From Candidatus Binatia bacterium (GTDB lineage: Bacteria > Desulfobacterota > Binatia > Bin18), in NCBI GenBank assembly GCA_963664395.2, contig OY761159.2, forward strand, positions 416,001 through 480,000: a stretch of 64,000 bases of DNA, given 5' to 3'. Each line of letters opens with the position of its first letter. Position 1 is the stretch's first letter. Made by a program: the position numbers and the translations under genes. Positions 1 through 9,096 of the stretch are shown piece after piece. A model generated the notes under the pieces. The model was not told where the DNA came from. It saw nothing but the letters and a program-made list of their open reading frames with translations, and did not search any database.

Positions 1-230
1 TTCAGACGGTCGTATTCAATGCCGTCTTTCACATTGCCGTATTTGTGCTCCTCGGTGCCGGGGAAACGGTGACATAAATACACATCGCCATTGCCATCAA
101 CATCCAAGAGCCCCAAGCCAGCGCCACACGGAAAGAATTTGTTTGTTCCCAGGTGGATGTCAGTCAGCAAGGTACTCAAATTCGAGAAACCCGTGTATTG
201 GTTGTTCAGCGCGCGCGCGACGTAGACCCC
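1..230 (-). pseudogene. qhpD: Fragment of a QhpD/PeaB-like radical SAM-SPASM maturase; 5'-truncated and runs off the window edge
   Basis: Not in the ORF track. Manual minus-strand translation gives GVYVARALNNQYTGFSNLSTLLTDIHLGTNKFFPCGAGLGLLDVDGNGDVYLCHRFPGTEEHKYGNV, matching the GFSNL..LLTD.H.G..K..PCGAG.G......G...LCHRF SPASM region of QhpD. An in-frame TGA lies upstream at 273-275. Confidence 0.7.
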
Positions 231-1334
231 GTCCGGCCCGATGGAGAGCATAGCGTGACCATCCGCTATGGTTCAGGAGAACGCATTCTGGCCGCGTTCT
301 GCGTTGATGCGACCGGCCACGCTGGTATATACGCCCGACAGAACCTGCGCCAGCGGGACAGCGTCTTTCAAACGCTTGCCTTGACCGGCTATTGGCAAAA
401 CGCGGCCAATCCACCTGGCGTAGACAGCGCCAACACCCTGCTTGAAGCCTATTCCGACGGCATGGTCTGGTCCGTCCCGCTGCATACCGGCCTGCGGAAT
501 GTCACGCTGCTGATTGACTGGCAACAAAGCCTCGCCATGAAGCGGAGAGGCGTGCAACAGTTTTATAGGGAAGAACTCCGCAAAGCGGCGTATGTCTCGG
601 GCTTTCTGGCTGAGGCGCACCTGCCCCACCCACCCCAGGTCTTTGATGCCAGCCTGTATACCGCGCGGCAGTTTGTCGCCGGCCGCACCCTCCTTGTCGG
701 TGACGCCGGCCTGTTCATTGATCCCTTGTCCTCAGAAGGAGTCCGCAAAGCCATGGCATCCGCCATTACGGGCGCCGTGGTTATCAATACCCTACTCCAG
801 CGACCCGCCATGCGGCCCCATGCCGCTGCGCTGTACGAAGCCGGTCAGCGAGATACCTATGATAGCCACTATCAGCAGTCGGTTCGCTATTACGCGGAAG
901 AGGGCCGCTGGCCGGACCGACCCTTTTGGCAGCGCCGTCGCCTGCGCCCTGAGCCCGACGCGGTTCCCGCCGCTCCGCAGCCGCCGTCCACTGCCTTTTC
1001 TCCATTTGACTCACAGCCGGTCTCACACCTGGCGCTAACATCTGACGCGATTATCCAAGAACGGCCCGTTATTGAGGGCTCTTATGTTGAGCTCCGGCCT
1101 GCCGTTGTCACCCCGCGTCACCCGCGGGGTCTGCGCTTTCTGTCTGGGGTGAACGTCCCGACCCTGCTGCACTGTGTTCAGAAACACCGCGCTGTGCCTG
1201 ACATTCTGGAGGCGTATCAGCGTCATCCTGACGGGCAGCAGAGCCTTCCGCCCCAAATCCGTCAGGTCCTGGCCCAGCTGTATCAAGAGGGCCTGCTTAG
1301 ACCGACATCGCCAGACGAAAGCCAATCAGATTGA
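230..1334 (+). pseudogene. FAD-dependent monooxygenase/halogenase family protein (QhpG-like), missing its N-terminal GxGxxG region
   Basis: ORF 153..1334 has VDATG and VGDAGLFIDPLSSEGV motifs and a small C-terminal helical domain. There is no N-terminal FAD-binding motif, and bases 153-229 are antisense qhpD sequence. Confidence 0.65.
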
Positions 1335-2022
1335 AACGAAAATTGGGATTATTGCGGAAACGGTACGACACGCGGCAAAACTCGGGGAAGAGCAGCCAGG
1401 CTCCGCCGCGCAACACCTTGACTGTTCCAGTCGCCGGGCCCTGCGGGTCTGCGGTCGGGGAGACCGCGTAGTACTGCGGAGCGTACCAGTCCGCCACCCA
1501 CTCCCAGACGTTACCGGCCAGGTCATACAGACCGTAGTTATTGGGCGGATAGCTTCCGACCGGGGTTGCCCCGGCCGGATTGTCATAATTTGCCAGGTCC
1601 CGATTGATCCCGTCTCCCCACGGATAGGGCTGGTCTGCCAGTCCGCCACGGGCGGCGCTCTCCCATTCGGCCTCGGTCGGCAGTCGTCCCCCGGCCCAGG
1701 CACAGTACGCCTGGGCGTCGTGCCAACTCACCAGAACCACCGGATGGTCTTCTCGCCCTGGCGGCGGTGCGTTGCGCTCCTGGTCCCAATTCTCGCGTTC
1801 CACCCGGGCGTCATCCAGATAGGGCAACCGATGGCCGGTGGCCAGGATAAACTGCCGGTACTGTGCATTCGTCACCGGCCGTTGAGCAATATAAAAACTC
1901 CCCAGCGAGACCCGATGGGGCGGACGTTCGGGCTGCGTCCCGCTCTCGCTTCCCATGCAATACTCCCCCGTAGGGATGCGGATCAGCGAACTGCCATCTT
2001 TTGGGTTGACCAAATTAGCCAT
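1297..2022 (-). CDS. Formylglycine-generating enzyme (FGE/SUMF1) family protein
   Basis: HPVVLVSWHDAQAYCAW, RLPTEAEWE, GLYDLAGNVWEW, RGGAW and IGFR motifs. Confidence 0.9.
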   Translation of the reverse strand: MANLVNPKDGSSLIRIPTGEYCMGSESGTQPERPPHRVSLGSFYIAQRPVTNAQYRQFILATGHRLPYLDDARVERENWDQERNAPPPGREDHPVVLVSWHDAQAYCAWAGGRLPTEAEWESAARGGLADQPYPWGDGINRDLANYDNPAGATPVGSYPPNNYGLYDLAGNVWEWVADWYAPQYYAVSPTADPQGPATGTVKVLRGGAWLLFPEFCRVSYRFRNNPNFRFNLIGFRLAMSV

Positions 2023-2046
2023 GAAAAATCATCCCTGAAAAGCCAT

Positions 2047-2553
2047 TCATGAGTTGACCAGTCGATAATCGCGACCCAATGAGTCAAAGAGCCCAGCCAG
2101 GGCGCTTTCAACGCTGCGTTTCAGCCCTGCTCGCGGAACCATGCTCAATGTCCCTTCAGTCCAGGTTGGAGCCATTAAGTGGACCTGCTCGGTTCGCTTC
2201 AAATGGACGACTTGTTGCACTTGCAGTTCGAGCGAATAGGCCAACACGGCGGCGGGATGTTCCACGACCCGGAGCGCAATATTCAGCACGGCGGGGAAAT
2301 CTCCGCTCGTCAGCGCATTGTGGCGCAGATGCGTGACAGCCAGCGTGCGCAGCCGGGTTTCTGAAAACCCAAGCCGCCGCGCCGGAGGGCTAATGGCCGC
2401 AATAGCAACCCGAAAACCTTTAATCCCAAACAGCGTCGTGGCATCAGACCGGAGGCCGGAAACCGGGGCGGGCCAGACAAGGCAGACGAGCAGACACAGC
2501 AGGCGTGCGACTCCTGCGAGGGGGGGGATGTGTACCGAGAACGGCAATCTCAT
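2047..2553 (-). CDS. Hypothetical exported protein
   Basis: 168-aa ORF with an N-terminal hydrophobic signal-like stretch; tightly spaced with its neighbours. Confidence 0.6.
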   Translation of the reverse strand: MRLPFSVHIPPLAGVARLLCLLVCLVWPAPVSGLRSDATTLFGIKGFRVAIAAISPPARRLGFSETRLRTLAVTHLRHNALTSGDFPAVLNIALRVVEHPAAVLAYSLELQVQQVVHLKRTEQVHLMAPTWTEGTLSMVPRAGLKRSVESALAGLFDSLGRDYRLVNS

Positions 2554-2558
2554 GCCAC

Positions 2559-3041
2559 TTAATTTGGCTGGGCGCTCTGGGCGGCTGTCTGGGCGGCGGC
2601 TTGTTGTTTTGCAAGCTGAAGGTCAACCGCCTTTTCGACTAAAGCGAACAGGCGCTGATTTTTTTCCGCCGGCAGCGTCCGCAGCGCCTTTTGGATCAAC
2701 CCGCCCATCTCCGTCACCTCCCGCTCGCCGGCCTCGGCTCCACGCTGCCTCAGCTCCTCAAATCTCAGTCCTTCCCGCTCGGGTAGCAACCGCAGGGCCT
2801 CAGCATACAGCGCGTCCATTTCGGCCCGCTCGGCGGGCGCCAAAAGCCGGCGTCCGGCCTGGGAGAGCCGCATCCCGCGTTTTGCCGCGGGCAGCCCTCG
2901 GGCTTGCAGGACACTCTGCAAGGTCTCTTTGGGTGGGGTGCGATAGCGATAGGTAATCGTCACCGCCACCACGCCTATGGTCAGGAGTCCTATCACCAGG
3001 AAAATGCCTTTAGGCGAGCGCGAAGCAGCTGTCGTTGCCAT
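2559..3041 (-). CDS. Hypothetical helical protein with a single N-terminal membrane anchor
   Basis: IFLVIGLLTIGVVAVTITY transmembrane segment followed by a charged helical region. Confidence 0.6.
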   Translation of the reverse strand: MATTAASRSPKGIFLVIGLLTIGVVAVTITYRYRTPPKETLQSVLQARGLPAAKRGMRLSQAGRRLLAPAERAEMDALYAEALRLLPEREGLRFEELRQRGAEAGEREVTEMGGLIQKALRTLPAEKNQRLFALVEKAVDLQLAKQQAAAQTAAQSAQPN

Positions 3042-3150
3042 GCACACCTTGTACGCGATTCGACAAGAAATGAGTAGGGGAGGATACGTCGATTGCCCAG
3101 GAGGTGGTCAACTTTCATCGCAGTGGGAGAGGCGGTATGCTTTCCAGTCC

Positions 3151-3747
3151 ATGGCCGAAGAGCGTATCTTTCCTCTGCCCGACCTCAGCGGCCGTCTTGC
3201 CGTTCTGGGTGGACAGCCGCGCGACCGGACCGAGTTGTGCATCAGCCTCGCCCTGCGTCAAGCGAGCCAACACGGCGTGGTGGTGTGTGTGGACGCCCAC
3301 GGTCGTCAGCAACTCGAAATGCCCTTTCGCCTCCTGCTGCGTGAAGACGCAGCCTATATTTCTCTTCCAGCGGATGGCAAAGTTTCAGATGACATAGCGC
3401 AGCAGGTGCTTCAGACACTTCAGAACGGTTTCCGTCATGCGACGCCCCTCTCACCCCTCCTCCTCCTTGACGGAGTACGAGAGACTGCCGACTGGGAGCA
3501 CACGCTCACGTTCTTCTTGCGCGCAGGCATTGTTGTTGTCGAATTTCTGCCAAGCCCGGAAAGTCTCGTCTTTGGGCGGTACGAGACGACGCTGCTCTTG
3601 CGCTCAACAGGAGCTGAGGCTGAGGCGATCAGTCAGACCGTCGGCAGAAAAGTCTCGTCCGAAAATCTGGCGGTGTTGAAACCAGGAGAGGGGTATTTCA
3701 TCCACCTGTCGCGGGTGTATCGGGTGCAATTCCCGAAGCATCTCTAA
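3151..3747 (+). CDS. Hypothetical protein, possibly a degenerate P-loop (HerA/VirD4-like) fold
   Basis: ATG at 3151; strand-like motifs RLAVLGG, VVVCVD and LLLLDG; C-terminal LKPGEGYFI. Confidence 0.5.
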   Translation: MAEERIFPLPDLSGRLAVLGGQPRDRTELCISLALRQASQHGVVVCVDAHGRQQLEMPFRLLLREDAAYISLPADGKVSDDIAQQVLQTLQNGFRHATPLSPLLLLDGVRETADWEHTLTFFLRAGIVVVEFLPSPESLVFGRYETTLLLRSTGAEAEAISQTVGRKVSSENLAVLKPGEGYFIHLSRVYRVQFPKHL

Positions 3748-3864
3748 GCACCTGATACGTTCGACCGAGGCGGACATGGAGATCGCCTAGCTTGAGAGCG
3801 TTCGTTGACAACACCGAGCCGGACCCGCCATAATCCCGTGCCAATAAATAAAGGGAGGGCGGAT

Positions 3865-4857
3865 ATGCGGGTGGTGATTCTCGGAGCCGGTGGGGTGGGT
3901 TCGGTTGTGGCTGGGCATCTCGCGCGCAATGGCGTAGACGCCATTATGATCGCCCGGCCAGGGCACGCTCAGGCCGTACGGCAAAATGGTCTCCAACTCA
4001 CCGGACTGTCTGATTTTCGTGTCCGAGTGCCTGCGTATGCTGATGCTTCAGCAATAGACACGGCCGATGTCGTGTTGATTACCGTGAAGACCAGGGACAT
4101 GCAGCCCGCGTTGGAGGGCGTCAAACATCTCCACGTTGGCGCTGTCGCGTCCCTCCAAAATGGAGTTGTGAAGAACGCTCATATGATCCGCGTTTTTGGT
4201 GCAGACAAAGTCGTTGGCGCAACAACCATGATCGGTGCAACCCTCGTCCGGGATGGCGAGGTCAATTACACGCTTGATGGTATTACCTTCTTTGGCGAAC
4301 CGGAGGGCACTCGCTCAGAGCGAGTTGATCGCATTGCTCAGGCGTTTGTTGACGCCGGACTCAAGGCTGCGGCGGTCGAGAATATCGTCTCAATCGAATG
4401 GACGAAGCAAGCCATCCAAAACCCCTTTGCCCCGTTGTCCGCCATGACCCGCCTGCCGGTCCATCTGGTTTGGTCGAGCCCGGAACTGGCTACCCTCTCA
4501 GTCCATATGTTTCGAGAAGTCGCGGCCGTTGCCGATGCGCTCGGCATTCCGCTGTCCGAACATCCGGCCTGGAGCCTGTTCAACCAGCAGACGCTTCGGG
4601 ACGCCCCATTCGACGAGGCAGTACAAATGCTCGTCGGGGTGGGCCAACAGGTGGCACGGAGCGGGCGGACACATATCATTCCGTCCATGCTCCAGGATGT
4701 GCTGGCAGGAAAAAAAACAGAGATCGAAGAAACCGTCGGCCACGTCTTCAAGGAAGGCCAACGCCTCGGCATTCCCGTTCCCTACACCGAGTTTGCCTAT
4801 CGTGCGGTCAGAGCCATACAGGATCAGTACCCCGCCCGGCTTGACACAGCTGAGTGA
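3865..4857 (+). CDS. Ketopantoate reductase (ApbA/PanE) family protein
   Basis: GAGGVG, LQNG and SMLQDVLAGKKTE motifs; RBS GGAGG upstream. Confidence 0.9.
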   Translation: MRVVILGAGGVGSVVAGHLARNGVDAIMIARPGHAQAVRQNGLQLTGLSDFRVRVPAYADASAIDTADVVLITVKTRDMQPALEGVKHLHVGAVASLQNGVVKNAHMIRVFGADKVVGATTMIGATLVRDGEVNYTLDGITFFGEPEGTRSERVDRIAQAFVDAGLKAAAVENIVSIEWTKQAIQNPFAPLSAMTRLPVHLVWSSPELATLSVHMFREVAAVADALGIPLSEHPAWSLFNQQTLRDAPFDEAVQMLVGVGQQVARSGRTHIIPSMLQDVLAGKKTEIEETVGHVFKEGQRLGIPVPYTEFAYRAVRAIQDQYPARLDTAE

Positions 4858-4883
4858 AGGCCGTTCGCGCCTGTCCCCTCCCT

Positions 4884-6092
4884 TTATGAGGCGGGGATAC
4901 GCAGCACCCTGCCCACCTGAATACGGTGACTACGGAGGTTGTTGATCCGTACTAGGGTCGCAATCGTTGTATTGTAGCGTTGCGCAATGCCACCCAGAGT
5001 GTCCCCCCATTGCACCCGGTAGAGCGTCGTCTCGGTCCGGCCGGTGGGAATCCGCAGCACCGCGCCTATGTTAATCTGGGTTCCGCGCAGGCTGTTTGCT
5101 TCCCTCAGAGCACGCACCGTCGTCCCATAACGCCGGGCAATTTTCTCCAGGGAATCTCCGCGACGCACGGTATACCGGAGGTTCGGCTCGTTTTTCTTTT
5201 CTTTCGCGTCCCGCCCGGCGGCAGAAGGCATCTGTGGCGGCAGGGACGCCACCGTCCGTCTATCCGGCGCTGCCGCCGGGGGCGTTGGAAGGGTGATTTC
5301 TTTTCCAGCCGTGAGCGGATGCAAGTACCATAGCTGATGCTGCTGACGAAACGTCTGCGGATCGACCTGAAAGACGTTGGCTAGCAGCTCGGGCGTATCT
5401 CCAATACGAACCACGTACACCGGCTTTTCCCCCACACCGACCAAGTCCGCAGGTACCTCCGTGGGATAGGCAACAGTCGAGCCTCCTTGGAGAAAACGCT
5501 TCGCCAGCATCGGGTTGTACAAACGCAGGACGGTTAGTGTGAGCCGAAGGGCCTGGGCCATGGATTCCCACGACTCCCCGGGGTGGACTTTTCTGAGCTC
5601 GAGCTGTCCTGCTCGGCGACGCACTTCGGGCTCATATTCCTGCAAAACGGATTTATAATACCCAATGCTCACAACATATTGCAGCGTCTTGAAGTGGATA
5701 GGCTCGTCTTCTCGCACCCGGTCGGGACCGAGCTTATAGGCGGCCAGCACATAGTCCTCCCGCGCGAACTGATTTTGCAACTGCGCCAGGTATTGTATAC
5801 TGGCTTCAATATTGGTTGGACTGCCGAGTAAGTGGACGATTCCGGGGGGTATTTGGAAATACCCGACACCTCCGCCCGGGGAGACCCACTCCGCATTCCC
5901 GCCCGATTCCTGTAGAATCACGGCCCGAGCCAGCCGATGGTCCACCCCGTAGCGGGCCGCATGGGTGAAGAGTTCAGTCTCGATCTCAATGGTCTTGCGG
6001 TACATACCCAAGAGCGCAGGGGAAATATCCGCGGTCGCCCAAGCTGACTGCACCCAGAGCATACCGCTCAGAAACACTATCCAGCATGTCAT
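4884..6092 (-). CDS. Secreted lytic transglycosylase (SLT) with multiple LysM domains
   Basis: Signal peptide; QESGG, GYFQI and LAAY SLT motifs; YTVRRGDSLEKIARRYG and YRVQWGDTLGGIAQRY LysM repeats. Confidence 0.9.
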   Translation of the reverse strand: MTCWIVFLSGMLWVQSAWATADISPALLGMYRKTIEIETELFTHAARYGVDHRLARAVILQESGGNAEWVSPGGGVGYFQIPPGIVHLLGSPTNIEASIQYLAQLQNQFAREDYVLAAYKLGPDRVREDEPIHFKTLQYVVSIGYYKSVLQEYEPEVRRRAGQLELRKVHPGESWESMAQALRLTLTVLRLYNPMLAKRFLQGGSTVAYPTEVPADLVGVGEKPVYVVRIGDTPELLANVFQVDPQTFRQQHQLWYLHPLTAGKEITLPTPPAAAPDRRTVASLPPQMPSAAGRDAKEKKNEPNLRYTVRRGDSLEKIARRYGTTVRALREANSLRGTQINIGAVLRIPTGRTETTLYRVQWGDTLGGIAQRYNTTIATLVRINNLRSHRIQVGRVLRIPAS

Positions 6093-6318
6093 TCTTCATC
6101 CTCCAGCCTTGCTGAAGTGGGGTCTCAGTATACTCAGAATAGCCTGAGAAGGAAAGAATAATGCCCCATGACGATGTTGAGTGACATCGTCCAGCCCCCG
6201 GTATTTTCTCACCGTACTTGATCCCGGTATAATAATGTTTACATTCTTCTGAAATGCGTTGCGCTGTTTTTCTCATTGAGGAACAGGCTGTACCATATAC
6301 AAGAAAGTCTCTTCTCTC

Positions 6319-6951
6319 GTGCTTGAATTGTTTTCGGCATCCACCATTGATTACTGGGTTTCTTACCTCACGTACTCACCCTATATGGCCGTCTTTCTGT
6401 TGCTTATTGCAGGGATATGGTTCATCCCGTTAGCAGAAGAAATCGCACTGGTTGCAGCTGGCTATCTCTACTACTCAGATCAGGTTCAGCTTACCACCAT
6501 GCTCATGCTGCTCGGCCTTGGCGTTTTTTGCGGCGATTTTGTTGGTTTTTGGGTGGGACGCCGTTGGCGGGGCAGCAGTCCACGCGCAGCATTTCCCTTT
6601 CTCCATCACAGCAAATGGGTCGAGCGATTCAAGACCTGGCTTGACCAGCATCGGAATCGGGCGCTTTTTCTGATCCGCTTCTTGCCCGGCCTGCGACTCC
6701 CTGCACATATTATTGTTGGTGCGCACGGGATGCCGACGCCTATCTATGTCCGGATTTCTCTGATTGCCGTCGTTGTCTACGTACCGATCATTTTTACGCT
6801 GGCCTATTCTTTTGGCGCCGAGATTGACGCCGCCCTCGTTTCTATCCAGCGTCTTGGGCACGTTGCGTGGGGCCTGCTTCTCGTCGCTGTTATCGTGTGG
6901 AGCCTCATTCGGTTCTGGATTACCCGGCAGTCCCTTTTCGACCAACCCTAG
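6319..6951 (+). CDS. DedA family membrane protein
   Basis: P.AEEIALVAAG, GDFVGFWVGR and RFLPGLR motifs; start codon uncertain (GTG 6319). Confidence 0.85.
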   Translation: MLELFSASTIDYWVSYLTYSPYMAVFLLLIAGIWFIPLAEEIALVAAGYLYYSDQVQLTTMLMLLGLGVFCGDFVGFWVGRRWRGSSPRAAFPFLHHSKWVERFKTWLDQHRNRALFLIRFLPGLRLPAHIIVGAHGMPTPIYVRISLIAVVVYVPIIFTLAYSFGAEIDAALVSIQRLGHVAWGLLLVAVIVWSLIRFWITRQSLFDQP

Positions 6952-7065
6952 TAGGGGCGATGCGTGAACCGCTCGCTTATGTCACAACCGACCGCATTGA
7001 GTCAGAGCGCGGTTTTCCGTATGGTAGGGGCCTGCAATCAAACCGTTTCAATTGGAGGAGACGAA

Positions 7066-7164
7066 ATGGAAAATCAGGGACAAGGACCGGCCTGGGTTGT
7101 TTTTCTGCTGTGGATGCTCGCCCCCTTGCTGCTCTTCTTTCTTATTTTGACCTTTACCGGCTAG
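7066..7164 (+). CDS. Small 32-aa single-transmembrane protein
   Basis: RBS GGAGGAG upstream of ATG 7066; MENQGQGPAWVVFLLWMLAPLLLFFLILTFTG; ends 26 nt before the dsbA start. Confidence 0.55.
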   Translation: MENQGQGPAWVVFLLWMLAPLLLFFLILTFTG

Positions 7165-7190
7165 CAGTATTATTCAGAGAAGGAGCAATA

Positions 7191-8216
7191 ATGAAACCGC
7201 ACGGGCAGAAGCGCCTCCGCCTTGTCAGTGCCTTTCTCCTAACAGGAGTGGTGCTGGCTCCGGGCGCACTCAGAGCCGATGCCACCAGCGCAGTACTGGC
7301 CACGGTCGGCGAGAGAAGCATCACCGAGGCGGAGATTGAAAACCAGATTAAAGGCCAGATGCTCCGTTTGCACAATCAAATCTACTCGCTCAAAAAGCAA
7401 GCGGTCGATACGATCATCAACGCCCACCTGCAAGAGCAGGAAGCAAAGAAGCGTGGCATTACCCGCCAACAACTCCGCCAGCAGGAAGTAACCGCTAAAA
7501 CAGAACCGGTGACCGACGCAGAGGTAGCGGATTACTATAATGAGAACAAAGCCCGGTTTGGAGAGCGTAAGCTGGAAGAAGTGCAGGCGCAGCTCAAACA
7601 ATCCCTTCAGGCCCGCAAGCAGCAACAGCGCCAACAGGCATTTGCTGCCGAACTGCGCAAAGCGGCCACGATCGACTTTACGCTGGCACCACCGATTGTT
7701 GATGTCCCGACCGCCGGAGCACCCGCAAAAGGACCCCAGGACGCGTCCATTACGCTGGTTGAGTTCTCCGACTATCAATGACCCTACTGTGCCCGAGTGC
7801 AGTCTGCACTCTCCCAAATTCAGGAAAACTACAAGGATAAAGTTAAATTTGTGTTCCGGGACTTTCCGTTAACCCGGATTCATCCCCAGGCGTATAAAGC
7901 GGCTGAGGCGGCACGCTGTGCCGGAGATCAGGACAAATACTGGGAGTACCACGACATCCTGTTCGCCAACCCCAAAGCCTTACAGCCCGAGGAACTGAAA
8001 CAATACGCCGCCGACCTCACACTGGACCCGGCGCAGTTTGCGGCCTGCCTGGACAATAATGCCTATACCGCAGCGGTCAGCAAGGACCTGGCGCTGGGTA
8101 CCCAACTCGGGGTGAGCGGTACGCCGGCCTTTTTTGTGAACGGACGTTTTCTGTCCGGTTCGCAACCCTACTCGGCGTTTGCCGAATTGATCGAGGAAAT
8201 GCTGGCGGCGCAGTAG
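7191..8216 (+). CDS. dsbA: Secreted DsbA/thioredoxin-like selenoprotein (UxxC) with a SurA-N-like N-terminal domain
   Basis: ORFs ..7781 and 7797..8216 are in the same frame and join as VEFSDYQ-TGA-PYCARVQ. Also FRDFPL and GVSGTPAFFVNG motifs, RBS AGGAG and a signal peptide. Confidence 0.85.
7795..7811 (+). promoter_or_regulatory. Putative bacterial SECIS hairpin
   Basis: GAGTGCA-GTC-TGCACTC: perfect 7-bp stem, loop begins with GT about 20 nt after the UGA at 7779-7781. Confidence 0.65.
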
Positions 8217-8219
8217 TCT

Positions 8220-8246
8220 GTGGGGTGACCTACCGGTCGCCCCTAG
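8220..8246. repeat. REP-like palindrome, left flank of hicAB
   Basis: gtggggtgacctaccggtcgcccctag; related copy at 9097-9123. Confidence 0.55.
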
Positions 8247-8347
8247 AGCGTTTCACGCTGGGCGGTAGCCATGCCGTTACGCGCCCGTCATGCCGGACGT
8301 GATCCGGCATCCAGTGGGCGGCTACACAGAAGCCTAATTTACTCTAG
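8243..8347. mobile_element. MITE-like element with ~28-bp imperfect terminal inverted repeats (CTAGAG...GTAGCC)
   Basis: Starts CTAGAGCGTTTCACGC, ends GGCTACACAGAAGCCTAATTTACTCTAG; internal atgccggacgtgatccggcat palindrome; related copies at 27085 and 58163. Confidence 0.65.
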
Positions 8348-8358
8348 TCTGGCGACGG

Positions 8359-8850
8359 TTATCGGGCCGATGTCAATAAGTGAGAGGCTTCGGGATATTG
8401 GGCGGCGGCCCTATCCTCCACCACCAAGGAACGCCCAACGGCTTCGAGGGCCTTCTCGACCGACGTAATGTGGGACCTGTGCCCAGGGTCGAGAAGCCGA
8501 CGGACTGCGTTCTCTTGCAGGCCCAGCCGGACGGCAAGAGCGACCTTGGTGACTCCCTGTTCCCGCATCGCCGCATAGAGGGCCAGCTTCGCTGCGACGA
8601 TGGGCGCTACGGAGATCAGCACTTGGCCCTCCGCCAGGGGGCTGGGAACGGGTATGTCTTCACGGGCCTTGACGTACATGCCCAAGGCGACTCCCAGGCA
8701 ATCCTTGGCCATCTCCAGGGCCTCTTCCCAGGACCATCCGCCGGTGTTGGCTCCGTACACGTCTGGGAAGGTCACCGTGTAGGCTTCTCTTCCGGTCGCT
8801 CGTTCTTCTTCCTCGTCGCGGACGATACTGCAAAGATAAGCGTAGCGCAT
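8359..8850 (-). CDS. hicB: HicB-family antitoxin with a C-terminal HTH
   Basis: YTVTFPDV.GA.T.G...EEAL.MA.D.L....IPVPS; HTH region ALAVRLG....VRRLLD. Confidence 0.9.
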   Translation of the reverse strand: MRYAYLCSIVRDEEEERATGREAYTVTFPDVYGANTGGWSWEEALEMAKDCLGVALGMYVKAREDIPVPSPLAEGQVLISVAPIVAAKLALYAAMREQGVTKVALAVRLGLQENAVRRLLDPGHRSHITSVEKALEAVGRSLVVEDRAAAQYPEASHLLTSAR

Positions 8851-8853
8851 GAT

Positions 8854-9059
8854 CTATAGCTCCCCTCTATCGACGTGCAAGTCTTTCAACATTGAAGCCA
8901 GAGTTCCCGTAGGAATCTCGCCATGAGGGACGGTAGTCCGGTAGGGACCAAGCCGGACCTCCCCGTGACTGCCCTTCCCGCGGCTGGGGTGAAAGAGAAG
9001 TCCAACCTGTGCTTGCGGGCATATCGCCGGGCTCGTCTAAGAAACTCCCTGTCGTTCAC
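8854..9059 (-). pseudogene. hicA: HicA mRNA interferase toxin, frameshifted
   Basis: GTG 9059 gives MNDREFLRRARRYARKHRLDFSF. After a 1-nt shift near 8990 the frame reads PSRGKGSHGEVRLGPYRTTVPHGEIPTGTLASMLKDLHVDRGEL*, ending 3 nt before hicB. Confidence 0.8.
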
Positions 9060-9096
9060 GAGTCTATTCCGGCACATATTTGTGCGATTATCAAGA

